The translations under genes and the position numbers were made by a program. Under the pieces are notes generated by a model. That model was not told the DNA's origin, searched no databases, and saw only the letters and a program-made list of their open reading frames with translations. From positions 109,122,001 through 109,186,000 of the forward strand of contig NC_058368.1 of the NCBI RefSeq assembly GCF_018350175.1: a stretch of DNA of 64,000 nt. Direction: 5' to 3'. This document shows, in pieces, positions 50,232 to 63,690 of this stretch; position 1 is the stretch's first letter, and every line of letters begins with the position of its first letter. The DNA comes from Felis catus. Lineage: Eukaryota.

Positions 50232-50465
50232 TTTTATTTATTTATTTTTTAATTTTTTTTTTAACGTTTATTTATTTTGGAGACAGAGAGAGACAGAGCA
50301 TGGACGGGGGAGGGGCAGAGAGAGAGGGAGACACAGAATCGGAAGCATGCTCTAGGCTCTGAGCCATCAGCCCAGAGCCCCACGTGGGGCTCGAACTCAC
50401 GGACCGTAAAATCATGACCTGAGCTGAAGTCGGACACTTAACCGACTGAGCCACCCAGGCGCCCC
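50232..50465 (-). mobile_element. Young SINEC_Fc-type Can-SINE
   Basis: gagccatcagcccagagcc diagnostic segment; TSD TGCC(T/A)TGTCCTTTTA. Confidence 0.93.
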
Positions 50466-53400
50466 TGCCATGTCCTTTTAAACGGTCATTTCACCATCCC
50501 GCTCCTCCCCACTGGTTCGTTCCTCACTCTGCTGCTGGATTACTTTCACAAAATTCAGATGTGATCGCACCTCTCCCTGTTGAGGAGGCCTCGATGGCTT
50601 CTCACTGCCAACAAGACAGAGCCCAGACACTGAGCATCCATCCAGGGACCTCTCCAGTCTGTTTGGGTCCCCTCTGGGAGGCACGCACCCAGATGGCACG
50701 TGGAATGCAAGAGACTTACGGAGGTAACATCTGTGAAAGAGAAAGGGAAGGGGGCAGGAGGAGGCAGTCTGACTATGGTAGGGGTCTCAGTCCTGAGGAA
50801 GAAGTGGGTGGGAAGATCCTCCAACCGTGTTGCAGCGTGGAGAAGGTCTCAGCCAGCCCAGGGAATGGTTCCAATACAGAGATGATTGCCCATGAGGTGA
50901 GTCACACTCTGGGTAGAAATAGGTCCTAGCATCCCTGCCTTAATCTGCCATTGGCTGGGAGGTTCCCAGGAGAAAATGTGACCTTGACCCGAATGGTTTG
51001 GCAAATCCTGAAGTTGCAAGCTGCCACACTGTCCATGCCCTCCAGGAACTGCAGCCTGCCTTTTATTTCCTGCTCCCCAGACCCCCTGCTCTGGCACCAC
51101 TGTCCTGACTACCTGCCACACACCACACAACCAGCTGTCCATAACCCTCCCACTCCCCACCCCAACCCTGACCTTTGTTCACCTTGTTCTTTCTGCCTGG
51201 AATGCCACTTCTCCCCAGTTATACCTCTCAAAATGTGTTTTCAAAGCCCAGCTTAAATGTTACCCCTCTGGGTCACCTTCCTTGATCGCCCCATGCAAAG
51301 TCAATTGTTCCTTGCACCTGTGGTGCTATTTGTAGGTCAATACTTCCCAAGCTGGAGTATTCTTAGCCACGCTTTTCTCAAAATCTTGCCCCCTCAAACC
51401 TCAAAACCCACCACAGTGTAGGTACACAGCAAATATTGACTGAAATATTGACCTGTCCCTCAAAGCACCTCGACGCTGTGGACTCCACCGCCTAGAAGGG
51501 TTGGAAGCACACAGTCCGTGGTCAATAAATGTTGAATTGTCTGGGCTTCATATGGCAGGGTGAGGTGGGCAGAGGGTTTTGGGGAGAGGGTGTTTACTGT
51601 CATTGGGTATCACCTAAGTGTGGCACCAAGCCAGAGTTTCAAAACTAGAGCACATCTTCCTCTGTTCATATATTCCTCCATGACTTGGAAAGACCCCAAA
51701 TTTTTTAAGTCATCATTTTATTGCCTCGGTCGACAGATGGGAACTTTTGGGGGGCTTCCCTTTTTAAACCACATTTTTAGGAGTTGGGATTTTGCATTTC
51801 TTCATCGCTCGTTCTCCTTATGGGTGTAAGAAGAAATTAAAGAACTCCTCTGGGAGGGGACCTGTGGGAAATGGCTGAGGATCTCTGGGGTGGGCATAGT
51901 TGGGCTAACATCAGAGCTTGGCAGGGATGAGGGTGGGTGGAGAGAACAGAGGAAGAACTGCTGGCCCAGACTCTCTACACACTTTAGATGTCCCTTGGCC
52001 ACTGTCCCTTATCTGAAGGAGGCTGTGGCTGGGGTGGCCACACCCTCCACTCTTCCCTGGGCTTCTCCTCAGGACACCCTCTACAGTTTTCTTATCAGGG
52101 CGAGGGCCATGCGCCTCTGTCTTCTCTATTACTGTGTTCAGTGCAGGTATCAGCAAGGAGGGTTCTAGGCTGAGGCCTTGGCTGTTGGTGATGATTTGGC
52201 AGTGGTTGGGAATTCTTAGAGCTTTGTAGTGTGAGGAGGCCAGTTGTAAGGTCAAAGTCCTTATCTCTGGGTTCACAGGCTTATCTTCTGGGGTTGGACC
52301 CACCCTCTCTCCTAAGTGGTATCAAATTGTGCATTTGGTGGGCACATAATTCTCATCAAATTCTTTTTTTACCAGTGAAGTTTATGATCCAAACCACTGC
52401 TTTAAACCAAAGAAGAATAGCCTTTAAAAAAAAAAAGGTGGGGGGGACATGTTTTCCTACAAAAGTCAGATTCTAGTTGGATGATTGGCCCTGAGTAATG
52501 TAGACACCAGGGTGATTCCAGAAGGAAGCCTAGACCATCACCTTCACACTGTGATTGTCATCCAGCAGCTTTGCATCCTCCTTAGAATCATAATTCAGAA
52601 TTTGTGGTTTAGGGACCATAGAGATTCTGTTGGCACAAATCTAGAGAGCTGAACCTCTGAGAGTTGGACCAAGTGGTCTGACGCTCACCTCCAAGAGGAC
52701 AACCCAGAGACAGAGCAGACCCTGCAACTGTGTGGAGGGGAGAAGGGAGCCATGTAGAGCCTGAATATGTAGGCATGTAGGCCTGGAATATCTATGAGAA
52801 TAGAATATTGCTAGGCTTTTAAATGAATTCCAGCATAGTCATTCTAAACATCCCTACACACCTGAGTTCTGGGCAGATTCTGGTCTCCAGGGTAATGGTT
52901 GTGATGTTCCCAGTAACTGTCAGGGGTGTTCGGGGCATAGCAGCCAACAATGAAGGGAAAGCAAAACAGAAAAGGGGGAAAGTGCGTGAAAAGAAACTTC
53001 TCAAAGTAGAGTAAAATATTGAACTAGGTTACAAAAGCACAGAGCTAGAACATGACAGCCTCTCTGATTTTGACAGCCCCTCTACTTTATTTTTTAAGTC
53101 CTGGCCACAGTTACAAAGAAGGAGCCGTATCTGTGGAGACTTCCCAAGGGTTACGTAAACGGTTTGGATGGTTATATATTTTTTTAAACAACAGTTTCTG
53201 AAAACACTGAAAAAAATCCCACTTATTTAACAGTCTGATGTCTGAGCCAGCCCCGGGAGTCCCTGGGAGACCTTACAGAATCACTTCCTCCTGACTATAG
53301 TGGGGGCAGGGCCTTGGCTACGTCAGGAAGCTCATTGAGAGACCAGAGGAGCAAGAGCCGGATCTTCAGATTGTTCCTCATAAGGACAGCTCTGTCTTGT

Positions 53401-55269
53401 CACCAGCGGAGAGTGAGGACCCAGGTTGCAGCAGACATAGGGCTTCTGGGGACATGGCCTTTTTAGGAGGGCACATGTGCTCCAGGCCACTCTGCCCACT
53501 TGAGATCTGGTATGATGATAGAAACAGGGTTCCTGGGCCCCTAAGTCATGGTGGGAATCCTCTCTTCTTTGTTAAGGTCTTAGGAACCTCAGTGGCCCCA
53601 AGGGTTTCTCAGATCTGAGGGGCTGGGTTTCATCTGAGAAATGCTTGTGTCTTTGGACACATCCTAGTCACTAACTCCTGTCTTCACTCCAGTAGCCTCT
53701 GAAAAGTATCTAGACTACCGGTATCTAGAAAAAAGTATCTAGAAAAACTGGTTGTATGCACCAGTGGGAGTGGCTTAAAGGAAGCAAGAAGGTCCTCGTG
53801 CTTCGTTGTCATCCTCCCCCCACTCAAATTTTAACTATACCTCAAGTTTGCCATTAGAAATATATTTTCACTTAAGTATTCTTCTTCCCAAGATGTTATT
53901 TTGGAAGTGCAGTTAGCTAAAGATGCGTAACTCATTAATGCAAATTAGCTCTATTAAACCGATGCTTTCTATTTAAAGAGGTCCTGGTCCAGTGGTTCTT
54001 AGTCTTTTTGAGGTCACACAGCCCTTCCAGAATTAAAGGAAATAGATGTACAAACATCCAGAATTTTACATACCATTTGGGGATCTCAAGGACCCCTTGA
54101 TTGACCCTGCTCTGGAGTTCTGAGTTTTGTGAGAGGGTGGTATATGGGAAGAGGTGGTGGGGAGGGGTGGGGAACAGGTGCAAACAAGGAACCTGGGTGC
54201 TGCTAGAGATCACTTGTGGTTTTCCCCAAGGCTAGTAATGTGGACAAGTTAGAAATGAATGTCTGTCATCCAGCTGTGGTCCCTGCCCTGCCCTAGAGAG
54301 AAGGTATGCTTCTGTCAGCAATGATGTTGGGGACTTGTGCACCACTTCTGTCAGCTCCCAAGGCCGTGTGCAGTATATCTCCATTGAGCTGGATGGGGAG
54401 AAAGCCGTCCCAGGGACTCTAGAGCTGGCTTTCTCCTAGAGGTCACAGAAGGTGGCTTGTGTCCATCTGTTGAGCTGGGGTCCTCTTGACAAGGTGACAG
54501 GGGCCACACTAACCTTCTACTGCCACCCCCCAGCAGAAGTGGGGGCTTGATCACTCCAGACTATATATTATAACCTTGACTCTGAGATCTGTTTTATTTT
54601 CTTTGGGGAAGTCAGTTTTACAAATCAGCTTGTGATTCCCTGGGTATTGTTCTGTTCAAACTAGGGGAAACATGGGGAAAGTTTTTGGATCCAGACTTCA
54701 TTCGAAAGCATCACAGGGGATTTTGGAAGTGATGCAGCATAGCGAAACAAGCATAGTGATCATTTGTAGTCCCGTGCTTGTTATGTGAAGCTCCTTATGC
54801 TGTGGTGACTCAAGGAGGCAGAATTTCCCCTTCTTGAGCCAGCTGGACAAGTGTCAACACTTCTGTCTTTGCAAGCTCTGGCACAGAGGAGGAGGAGCAG
54901 GGCCTGGATTAAGGGAAGTCTGCAGGGACTGGGGGATGGGGTCCAGTTTAACACACATGAAATTAGGTGGTCCTTCTCTTGAGCCAGTCAGCCAGGATCC
55001 CCCTGCCCCACAGAGCCATCTGCAACACCTGGCATGGCACCCCATCCAAACTGGACACCAGCACATGTTTGTTAAACTGATCAGAGACTCACCTCTCACC
55101 TCCATCCCGTCCCAGAACAAATCCCAGGCTTTGCACGTCACACTCAAGCAGGCATACCCTCATGATCAGAACCAGTTTTTCCCACACTCACAGTCAGACT
55201 TTCTCCATTACTTCTTTGTGTTTTCTAGTATTAGTGATTGTTGGTATTATTTCTGTGTCCACTGGATTT

Positions 55270-55990
55270 CTTGATATTAAAATAAAGATTTCTTAAACAG
55301 GATACACGAAGTGCTAGTCATAGATGAAGTGTATGATAAATTGACCTTTCATGAACTTTTGTTCATCAAAAATTACCAGTGAAAGAGTGAAAAGGCATGT
55401 CACAGACTGATATTTTCAGTAATGTACCTGACAGAGGACTTATATTTAGAATGTAAAAATAATTCCAGGAAGTCAATCAGAAAAAGACAAAATAGGCAAA
55501 AGTCTGGATCAGCAACATCTTAAAACTGCATATGTATATAGTCAATAAGCAAATTAAAATTTATAAGGTATGCTATATACCGACCCAAAGGACTGAGACT
55601 TAAGATTGATAATACCAAATATTGGCAGACCCTCATATACTCCTGGCAGAAATATCATGTGGTAAAATGTGTAGCAGTACCTACGAAAGCTGGGATTATA
55701 CCCATTTCATAAACTATCGATTTCGCTTCGCGTGTACACTCAAGAGGAGTGAATGCATGTGTCCACCAGTGTCTGTAGTATTTTTATTCACAGAAGTCCC
55801 AAAGTGGAAACAGCGCAAATCTTCATCAGTCATGGAATGGAGAAATAAATTTTGTCATATCCATACAATGAAACACATCAGAGCAATTTAAAAAAAGAAC
55901 AATGATGAAACAGAACAACATAGATGAATCTCACAGGCATGTTGAACGAAATCAGCCAGACATCAGAAAAGGGTGTATTATATGATTTGG
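55270..55990 (+). mobile_element. Old L1 (L1ME-like) fragment
   Basis: aagatttcttaaacaggatacac...aacttttgttcatcaaaa...catatccatacaatgaaa...gatgaatctcacaggcatgttgaacgaaa. Confidence 0.75.
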
Positions 55991-56438
55991 TCCTCCTGAA
56001 GGATAGGACCACACTTTTCATCTCTGAAACCCCAGTGCCTGGCACAGTTCCTGTCACATATAGCGGGCTCTCATGTGATGTTTGTTGACAGGGTGAGTGA
56101 AGTAAGGCCCTTACTCCTAAAGGTGCCTTCAGAGTAACGTTTGTGTATGCATGAGAGTGGAATCCATCTGGGAGGCAGTTAACAAATGCTCACAATTTGC
56201 TGTAAAATGAGGCAGAAAACACCTGCTGTAAAGAGGAGCAAAACTGAAGCCCTTTCACGAGAATGAGGAGGGGAATGGCAGAGGAGCTGTGTGTTCTGGG
56301 AAGAGACACTCACAGGTGCTGGGGTTTAGGAGGGCTTCCTGAAAGGGATAGTATTGTGCTGAACTTTAAAAGTGGGTTGAGATGACAAGAGGCAGAAGAG
56401 CCTGGGAAGGGCAGCCCAGGCTCAGGGAGTCCCATAAC

Positions 56439-56627
56439 CAGGTAGTTCTTGAGCCTCAGTGCGAGTCAGAATTGCCTGGAGGCCTTGTGAAATCCCAGGT
56501 GGCTAAGACCCCACCCCAAAGACTCTGATTGAGCAGGTCTGGGGCAGGGCCTGAGACTTTGCATTTCTAACAAGTGCCAGGTGATGTGGATGCTGCTGGT
56601 CTAGAAGTCACACTTTGAGAACCACTG
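56439..56627. mobile_element. MER5A-type hAT-Charlie DNA transposon
   Basis: agactctgattgagcaggtctggggcagggcctgagactttgcatttctaacaag..ccaggtgatg.ggatgctgctggtc...cacactttgagaaccactg. Confidence 0.88.
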
Positions 56628-57012
56628 ACTTAAGCAAAGCCAGCTGGTCAAGCCAGTTGCATCACACCTGAGCCACCGTATTAAGTAAGCCAATGGAAAG
56701 ATGGCAGCGGGGTGTGAACAGGTATAGTGGGCCGTGACCTGGAGGCTGAGGAATTTAGATGTAACTCTGTACGCTTAATTTAAGGCCAGCCACATGGATG
56801 GACATGTGTAATGACCAGTTTCTGGGATGTCCCTGTTTCAGGGTGTGGGTACCCTCAGCGTGAAGCTTAAAGCTATACAGATTTGTGTGTGATAGATTCA
56901 TACCGCATTTGGCCTTGTAGAGGCCATTTACAAGCTCTGAGCAGAGCACATCTACACAGGGAGATTCTGTTTACACTGATGGGTAAACAAGGATTGAAAA
57001 AAGGCATCATTT

Positions 57013-58007
57013 TATTTTCAATTTTTTAATTGTATTTTTTAAATTTAATTCCAGTATGTTTAACATACGGTATTATATTAGTTTCAGGTGTACAATATAG
57101 TGATTCAACACTTTTGTGTATCACTGCTCGAGTCCTCATCACAGTGAGTTCCCTCCTTAATCCCCATCACCCATTTCACCCATCCCCCCACCCACCTCCC
57201 CTCTGTTAACCACTATTTTGTTCTTTAGAGTTAAGAGTCTGTTTCTGGGTTTGTCTCTCTTGCTCTTTTTTTGTTCCCTTTCCTTGTTTGTATTGTTTCT
57301 TAAATTCCACATATGAGTGAAATCATGTTTTTTGTCTTTCTCTGACTTATTTTGCTTAGCACGATACTGTTTGGCTCCATCCATGACATCACAAATGGCA
57401 GATTTCATTCTTTTGTATGGCTGGATAATATACATATATATACATATGTATACATATATATATATACACACACACATATATGTATACATATGTATATACA
57501 TATATACATATATGCATATATACACACACATATACATATATACATATATGCACATATATACACACATATATACATATATGCATAAATACATACATATACA
57601 TATACATATATGTACATACATATACATATATATATGCACCATATCTTTACCCATTCATCTATTGGTGGACACTTGGGCTGCTTCCATAATTTGGCTATTA
57701 TAAATAATGCTCCTGTAAACATAGGGGTGCATGTGTCCCTTTGAATTAGTGTTTTTGTGTTTTGGGGGTACATACTCAGTAGTGTGATTACTGGATAGTA
57801 GGGTAGTTCTATCTCTAACTTTTTGAGGAACCACAGTGGCTGAGGATTCCCCTTTTCCACATCCTCACCAACACTTGTTTCTTGTGTTTTTTATTTTAGC
57901 CATTCTGACAGGTGTGGGGTGAGATCTCATTGTAAGTTTCATTTGCATTTCCCTGATGATAGGGGATGTTGAGCGTCTTTTCATGTGTCTCTTGGCTATG
58001 TGGATGC
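57013..58007 (-). mobile_element. 5'-truncated carnivore L1 (3'UTR and end of ORF2)
   Basis: attccacatatgagtgaaatcat, cttccataatttggctatt, gccattctgacaggtgtg; TSD AAAAAG(G/A)CATCATTT (56998-57012 / 58008-58022). Confidence 0.92.
57427..57636. repeat. (TA/CA)n low-complexity expansion inside the L1
   Basis: About 210 bp of alternating purine-pyrimidine TATACA-type units. Confidence 0.95.
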
Positions 58008-59320
58008 AAAAAGACATCATTTCAAACATGCTACAGCAAGAGTGTAGCCATCTGGTACATGCACGCTATGGTAATGGCAGGTGGAAAAAGAATCTGCTGA
58101 TCTGACCATTCAGGCAAAAGCATCAGTTTTACTCTCAATAAAGAGATACTTGCTCTAGATTTTTCTTTCTTGTGGCCCACAGCCCTCCCAAATTCCCGAG
58201 GACAAAGATGTCACACCACATACCCAGTCCATTTCTATTGCCAGAGAGATACCTAGATCCTGGAGGTTTCCCCCAAAAGGTCTCTCTGTGGCTGAAGAAG
58301 GGAGAGATAGTCACTTGGGTGCAGTTTGGGGAGGGAGGTCAACTCTTAATGCCTCAGGTGAAGAGTCCCTGACCCTCCCCAGGGTTGTCCCTGTCAGGAC
58401 ACCAGACCAGTCGGACAGGCCCTTTCCTGGATGACCCTGGCATGAAAAGCAGATGCCATCTGTCATCTTGGGTACTGGCTTCCAGTTATACCTCCAATAA
58501 ACTACATTAAGTGACTACCAGCTCTCTGCAAAGCAATCTACTGGGTGTAGTAGAGACACAGATGAATCAGCCACAGACCTGCCCTCGAGAAACACACAGT
58601 TTAATACGGGGAGGGAGACAGAGAGAGAGAGAGTGGCCATTCCCAGTATTAAAAACCCTTCTTCCTGGTTTCTTGTTTCCTCCCCTTCACATCCCTGGCC
58701 TAGATCTAGCCACTTCCTCTCCTTCACTTGCCAGCATTGGAGGCTGGGGCCTGTCACCATTCACCAGGACCCTGGGGTCACAGAGATGAGTAAATCAAGA
58801 TTTGGTCCGGTGGGGAGCCTTTCCCGCCCCACGGCTGGGGATAGGGTAGCTCTGAGCAGGTGCCCTGCAGCCACTCCCCCTGCTGTGGGGGCCATGACCC
58901 TCAAGCTCTGGGCTGAGGAAACCCAAATCCCCTTCCTGGCTGGGTTCCACATTGATAAAGGGAACCTGGGAACCCCTGCATTTTCATCAGCCTGTCCCAG
59001 ACCAGTCAAATCACAGGTCTTTGGGGGTTGCAGCTGCAGCTCACATGATTATCCACAGGAAGATGAGATGGGGCTCAGACGAATGTCAGTGCCCTGCTGA
59101 TTTCCCAAGTACCTCCTTTTTCTTGAAGTCCTGCCTGCCTTTTCCCTCAGGGACATGGAAACTGGTTTGCTTCTTCCTCACTACCCCCAGCCCCAACTCC
59201 CATTTACAAGAGAATCACATAGAAGAGAGCAGGGACCTGGAAATCAGAACCAAATTTAGATCTTACTCTGCAAAGCACCTAATCTTTCTGAACCTCAGTT
59301 TCCTTAAATATAGAATGGTG

Positions 59321-59543
59321 GGGGCGCCTGGGTAGCTCAGTCGGTTGGGCGTCTGACTTTGGCTCAGGTCAAGATCTCACACTCTGCGAGTTTGAGCCTT
59401 GCATCGAGCTCTATGCTGACAGCTCAGAGCCTGGAGCCTGCTTCCAATTGTGTGTCTCCCTCTCTCTCTGCCCCTCCCCTGCTCATGCCCTGTCTCTCTC
59501 TGTCTCAAAAATAAATAGAAACATTAAAAAAAATTTTATTTTA
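59321..59543 (+). mobile_element. Can-SINE inserted in a MIR
   Basis: GGGGCGCCTGGGTAGCTCAGTCGG head; TSD AAAT(A/G)TAGAATGGTG; MIR core ctctgaacctcagtttcc-like text upstream. Confidence 0.92.
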
Positions 59544-59949
59544 AATGTAGAATGGTGATAACAACCTTGCTTACTTCATAGTATTATTCAGAGGCGCAGA
59601 GGATACGGAAGCAAAATTCTTGTCCTTTTAGCTGCCCTGAACCCTAACAAGGGAGTTGGACAAGCAGACACACACAGTGCAATATGTACCAGACCAGAGG
59701 CTTGTCTGGGCAGCAAATAGTGAGCAGAGTGGAGGCAAGCTAATTCTATCTAGTAAGGGGAAACGGCAGGACTTCCTGTCCATGCCATGGGATGTGGGGT
59801 ATGGAAGCAAGTTTCCAGAGCTTTGGACTGGTGTTTGTTGAATACCAGACACTATATTATTTTACCCATGTTTTATTTAGTCCTCACAACAACCCTATGA
59901 GATAGGTTTTATAGATAAGCAAACTGAGGCTTAGAAAGGATCATGCATT

Positions 59950-60133
59950 GGGGCCCCTGGGTGGCTTAGTCAGTTGAGCATCTGACCTTTGATTTTGGCT
60001 CAGGTCATGATCCCAGGGTTGTGGGATGGAGCTCTGCATCAGCCTCTGTGCTGAGCATGGAGCCTGCTTAAGATTCTCTCTCTGTCTTGCTCTGCCCTCT
60101 CCTCGGCTCACTCTTTTTCTCAAACAACAAAAA
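59950..60133 (+). mobile_element. Can-SINE inserted in a MIR
   Basis: TSD AAAG(G/A)ATCATGCATTG; MIR text aaactgaggcttaga upstream. Confidence 0.9.
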
Positions 60134-61112
60134 AGAATCATGCATTGCCTTGGCATAGTATTTATTGAACATCTACTAGTTGTGTTGCAGATATAACAGT
60201 ACACAAAACAGACTCAAGTCCCCCACTTATGGAGCTTGCATTCCATAGGTAAAGTCACTTACCCAAAATGAGACTGGAATGTGCCAGAGCTGGGATTCAA
60301 ACCCAGGTCTGGTGGCCTCCTGGGCTTGTTCTTTTCCCACCTTACCCCCGCAACTCACTGCTCCTCAGGACACTCCTTTCATACGGGGCATAGACTGCCC
60401 CTGCCAGCCCTTCTGGGGAATTCAAGGGTTCAGGAGCAAGGCTGGGTCAGAGATAGGAGAGGAGCTGCCATTTCTGTAGAACCTTCTGTGTTCCAAGCCT
60501 TCCCTGGCAGCACCCCCCCCCCCAAGAAAGGCTGAATGCCTGATCTCTTGGATATTTTCCCCAGGGAGGGATGGAAAGGGGAGCTTCCCCAAGGGGATTT
60601 CAAGGGAAGGCGGGAGTGCTCTTTATGCTTGCATCAGAAGGAGACACCCTCTTCTTGGCTCAGGTGGGGAATCCCTCTGTTTTTCACTGGGTTTAAGAGA
60701 GGCCTATTGTTTTCCTATTGTTTAGGCCCTCAAGGGAGGAAAACTCAGGACCAGGGTATATCTGAGGATTGCATCAGCTTTTGGCATCTGAGTGAGCTCT
60801 GGCTCCTTGGTACTTGGCTCAGCTCTGCCCTTCGACTGTCCTCAGCCTCAGGCTGCTTCCTGATGCCATGAGACCCATGACACTCCCACTGGCCAGTGAT
60901 GGTTTCTTTTAACCCAAGAAAATAATCAGTGATTTGCAAACCTAGTCCACTAAGGGAGGGAAAAAAAGATGCAAGATTGTTTACTATAGCATTTACTCCT
61001 AGTAGCAGTCACTTGAAAATGATCTAAATGGCCGGTGTTTGGGGTTTAAATAAAGTATGGCAAAAGTATGCATTCAATGGAATGCTGTATAGCCTTTAAA
61101 AATCATCATGTA

Positions 61113-61305
61113 GGGTCTCCTGGATGGCTCAGTCAGTTGAGCGTCTGACTTCGGCTAAAATCATGATCTAGCAGTTCCCAAGCTTGAGCCCCCGAGTCCG
61201 GCTGGAGCCTGCTTCGGATTCTGTGTCTCCCTCTCTCTCTGCCCCTCCCCTGCTCACGCTCTGTCTCTCTGTCTCTCTCTCAAAAATAAACATTAAAAAA
61301 TTTTT
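61113..61305 (+). mobile_element. Can-SINE with an internal deletion, inside an old L1 remnant
   Basis: TSD TTTAAAAATCATCATGTAG; lacks the usual ctctgtgctgacagctcagagc segment. Confidence 0.9.
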
Positions 61306-62259
61306 AAAAATCATCATGTAGAAGATTAAATGACATCAGAAGAGTGCTTATAATAGGTTTAGTCAAAATTCATAACTGAAACAGTGTATACAGAACAGAA
61401 TGGACAACCTGATCTCATTTTTAAACACTATATGTATGTATGCATAGAAAACTGTCTATAAGGATGCATACCAAGTGTGAAGAGTAGTTATCTCTGGGTG
61501 GTAGGATTGTAAGTGATTTTTTTTCCTCTTTTCAATATTTTCCAATTCCTTCAATGAAAATGCATGTCTTTTGTAATCATGGAGCGAAAATCCCACAGTA
61601 TATATTAGAGAAGAGAAAGAGAATGTCTCCTTTTGGCCCTGTGCTTAGATGACCACAGGCCCCAGCCAGCTCTGGGAGATCTGAAAGCCCAAGAAGAGTG
61701 GGGTAGGGGCCAGCTTGAGAACTAGCTGGGTGCCATCTCCCAGAGAGGCTGCCTGACCACACAGTCTGGCTGAAGGAGGCCCCTCCCATGCTTTCTCCCC
61801 CTCTCACACCCATTTTATTGTCTTCATTGCATTTGTCCACATCTGAAATGACCTGCCTGTGCATCTGTCTCTTGGGTGATTATCTCCACCACCACAAAGC
61901 AAGCTCCATGAGACTAGGGATGCTGCCTATCCTGTTCCCTTTGACTTCCCATCAGCACCAGGGGCCCAAGTGAGATCTTGGTTTGTAAGTGGCAGAGGGC
62001 ATACTCAGCAGCCCCAAGCTGTGGGCATTGATCTTAAAGCCACAGGTGACAGTGAGAAAATGGGAACTACTTCATGTAAGTTTGGAAAAAGGCAGATAGG
62101 TGGCTCACGGGGCCAGAACTGGAGGAAGCTCAGTGACCTGGAGAACCTGGTTCAGCTTGGTGACCATGGCTGCCACTGACACGTGTTGGGGGAGTGTGGC
62201 TTTGTGCGTTATATTTTATAAACTAGTGGAGTGAAGGTAGAAGCAATTTATCTGATCAT

Positions 62260-63690
62260 CACTTACCCCTTTGCTTTCCAGTCTCCTGCTGCTGCCAGCT
62301 CACTCTGTCCTTCAGGCTGATGACTTCAGCTCTTCTCTTTTGAGCCTGTTGCAGTCAGGTTCCCATCCCACAACCATTCCACTGAATCTGCCCTTGACCA
62401 AGATCAACTGTGACCCTATGATGCTAAATCCAAGGATTAATTCTGTGACTTGACCTATCACAATGGATTGCTCCATCCTCCTTGAAACCCTTTCTCCTGG
62501 TTTCTCTCCTACTGTACTTGCTACTCCTTCTCAGTCTGTTTTGCTGAATAATTGAATGGGACTCATTCCTTAGACTGACCGTTTCCCTACTGACAGTCAC
62601 CCCCTTGGTGATCTCATCCTGGGTCATTGCTTTAAAGAGCTATGTGATGAGTATTTGCAAGTCTTCATTTTGGGCCTGGATCTCTCCCCTGAACTCATAT
62701 ATCCAACCTGCCCACAGGGCTCTCCAACTGTCTAAAAGGCATCTCCTACTTAACATGTCCAAAACCAAGTTCCTTATCTTCCCCCAAATGTGCTCCATCA
62801 GTAGGCTTCTGCAAGGCAGATAATGGCAATTCTGGACTCCCATTTGCTCAGGCCAAAAATCTCAGAGCCCTATCTGAATTCTTTATTTCCAATCTACTTC
62901 TAATCCATGAGCAGTTCCTGTTGGCTCTACTCAATAGAATCTGATCATATCTGAATACCTCCATGCTGCCTTTCTAGTCCAAATTATCGGTGTCTCTTGC
63001 CACAATTTCTGCAATAACCTCCTAACTGGTTGGTTCTACCTGTGCTTCCCAGTTTATTCTCAACACAGCATCCAGAGTGGCATTGTTAAAATGTGAGTCA
63101 CATCATTGCAATTCTCTGTGTAAACTCTCCAGTGGCTCCCATCTGAGTCAAAGCTCAAGGTCATTCAAGGGCCTTCTTTTAGTGCCCTACATGTTCAGAG
63201 CTTTGCTGCCTCTCTGATTCTCTTTCTTACTTCCCCTTCACTCACTCTCCTCTGGCCACCTCACCCTTTCCCACTGATCTGTACCATGTCAGGCAGGCTC
63301 TCACATCTGGACTTTTGTACATGCTGTTCCCTCCACTTGGAAATCTTCTTTCCTATTAAATGTCAGGGTCCTTGCCCTCATTTCTTTCAGGTCTTTGGTC
63401 ATAATTCACCTTCCCTGGCCATACTGTTTAGAATTTGGTACACTTTCCCACCTGCTCCATAGCTCCCTTCCCCTTCTCTGCTCTATTCTTCCTCCAGAGC
63501 ACTTTCCTCTCCTGACTACTATATATTATATATATATATTTTTTCTTTCTTTGGTTGTTGATCTCCCCTAGTAGACTGCAAGCTCTCTGAGGGCAGGGTT
63601 TTTATCTGTTTTGTCTCCTGCTGTGTCTCCAGGGCCTGAAAACAGTGCCTGGCATATAGTTGGTGTCGAATAAATATCCAATGAATGGAT
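62260..63690 (+). mobile_element. L2 LINE, 3' portion
   Basis: ctctcccctgaactc, aggcatctcctacttaacatgtccaaaacc, aactctccagtggctccc, gactgcaagctctctgagggcaggg...cagtgcctggcatatagt...aataaatat..aatgaatg (L2 3' end). Confidence 0.85.

Noticed and set aside
57157..57860. ORFs rich in Y/I/M/C/H
   Set aside because: Translations of the (TA/CA)n tract and L1 sequence.
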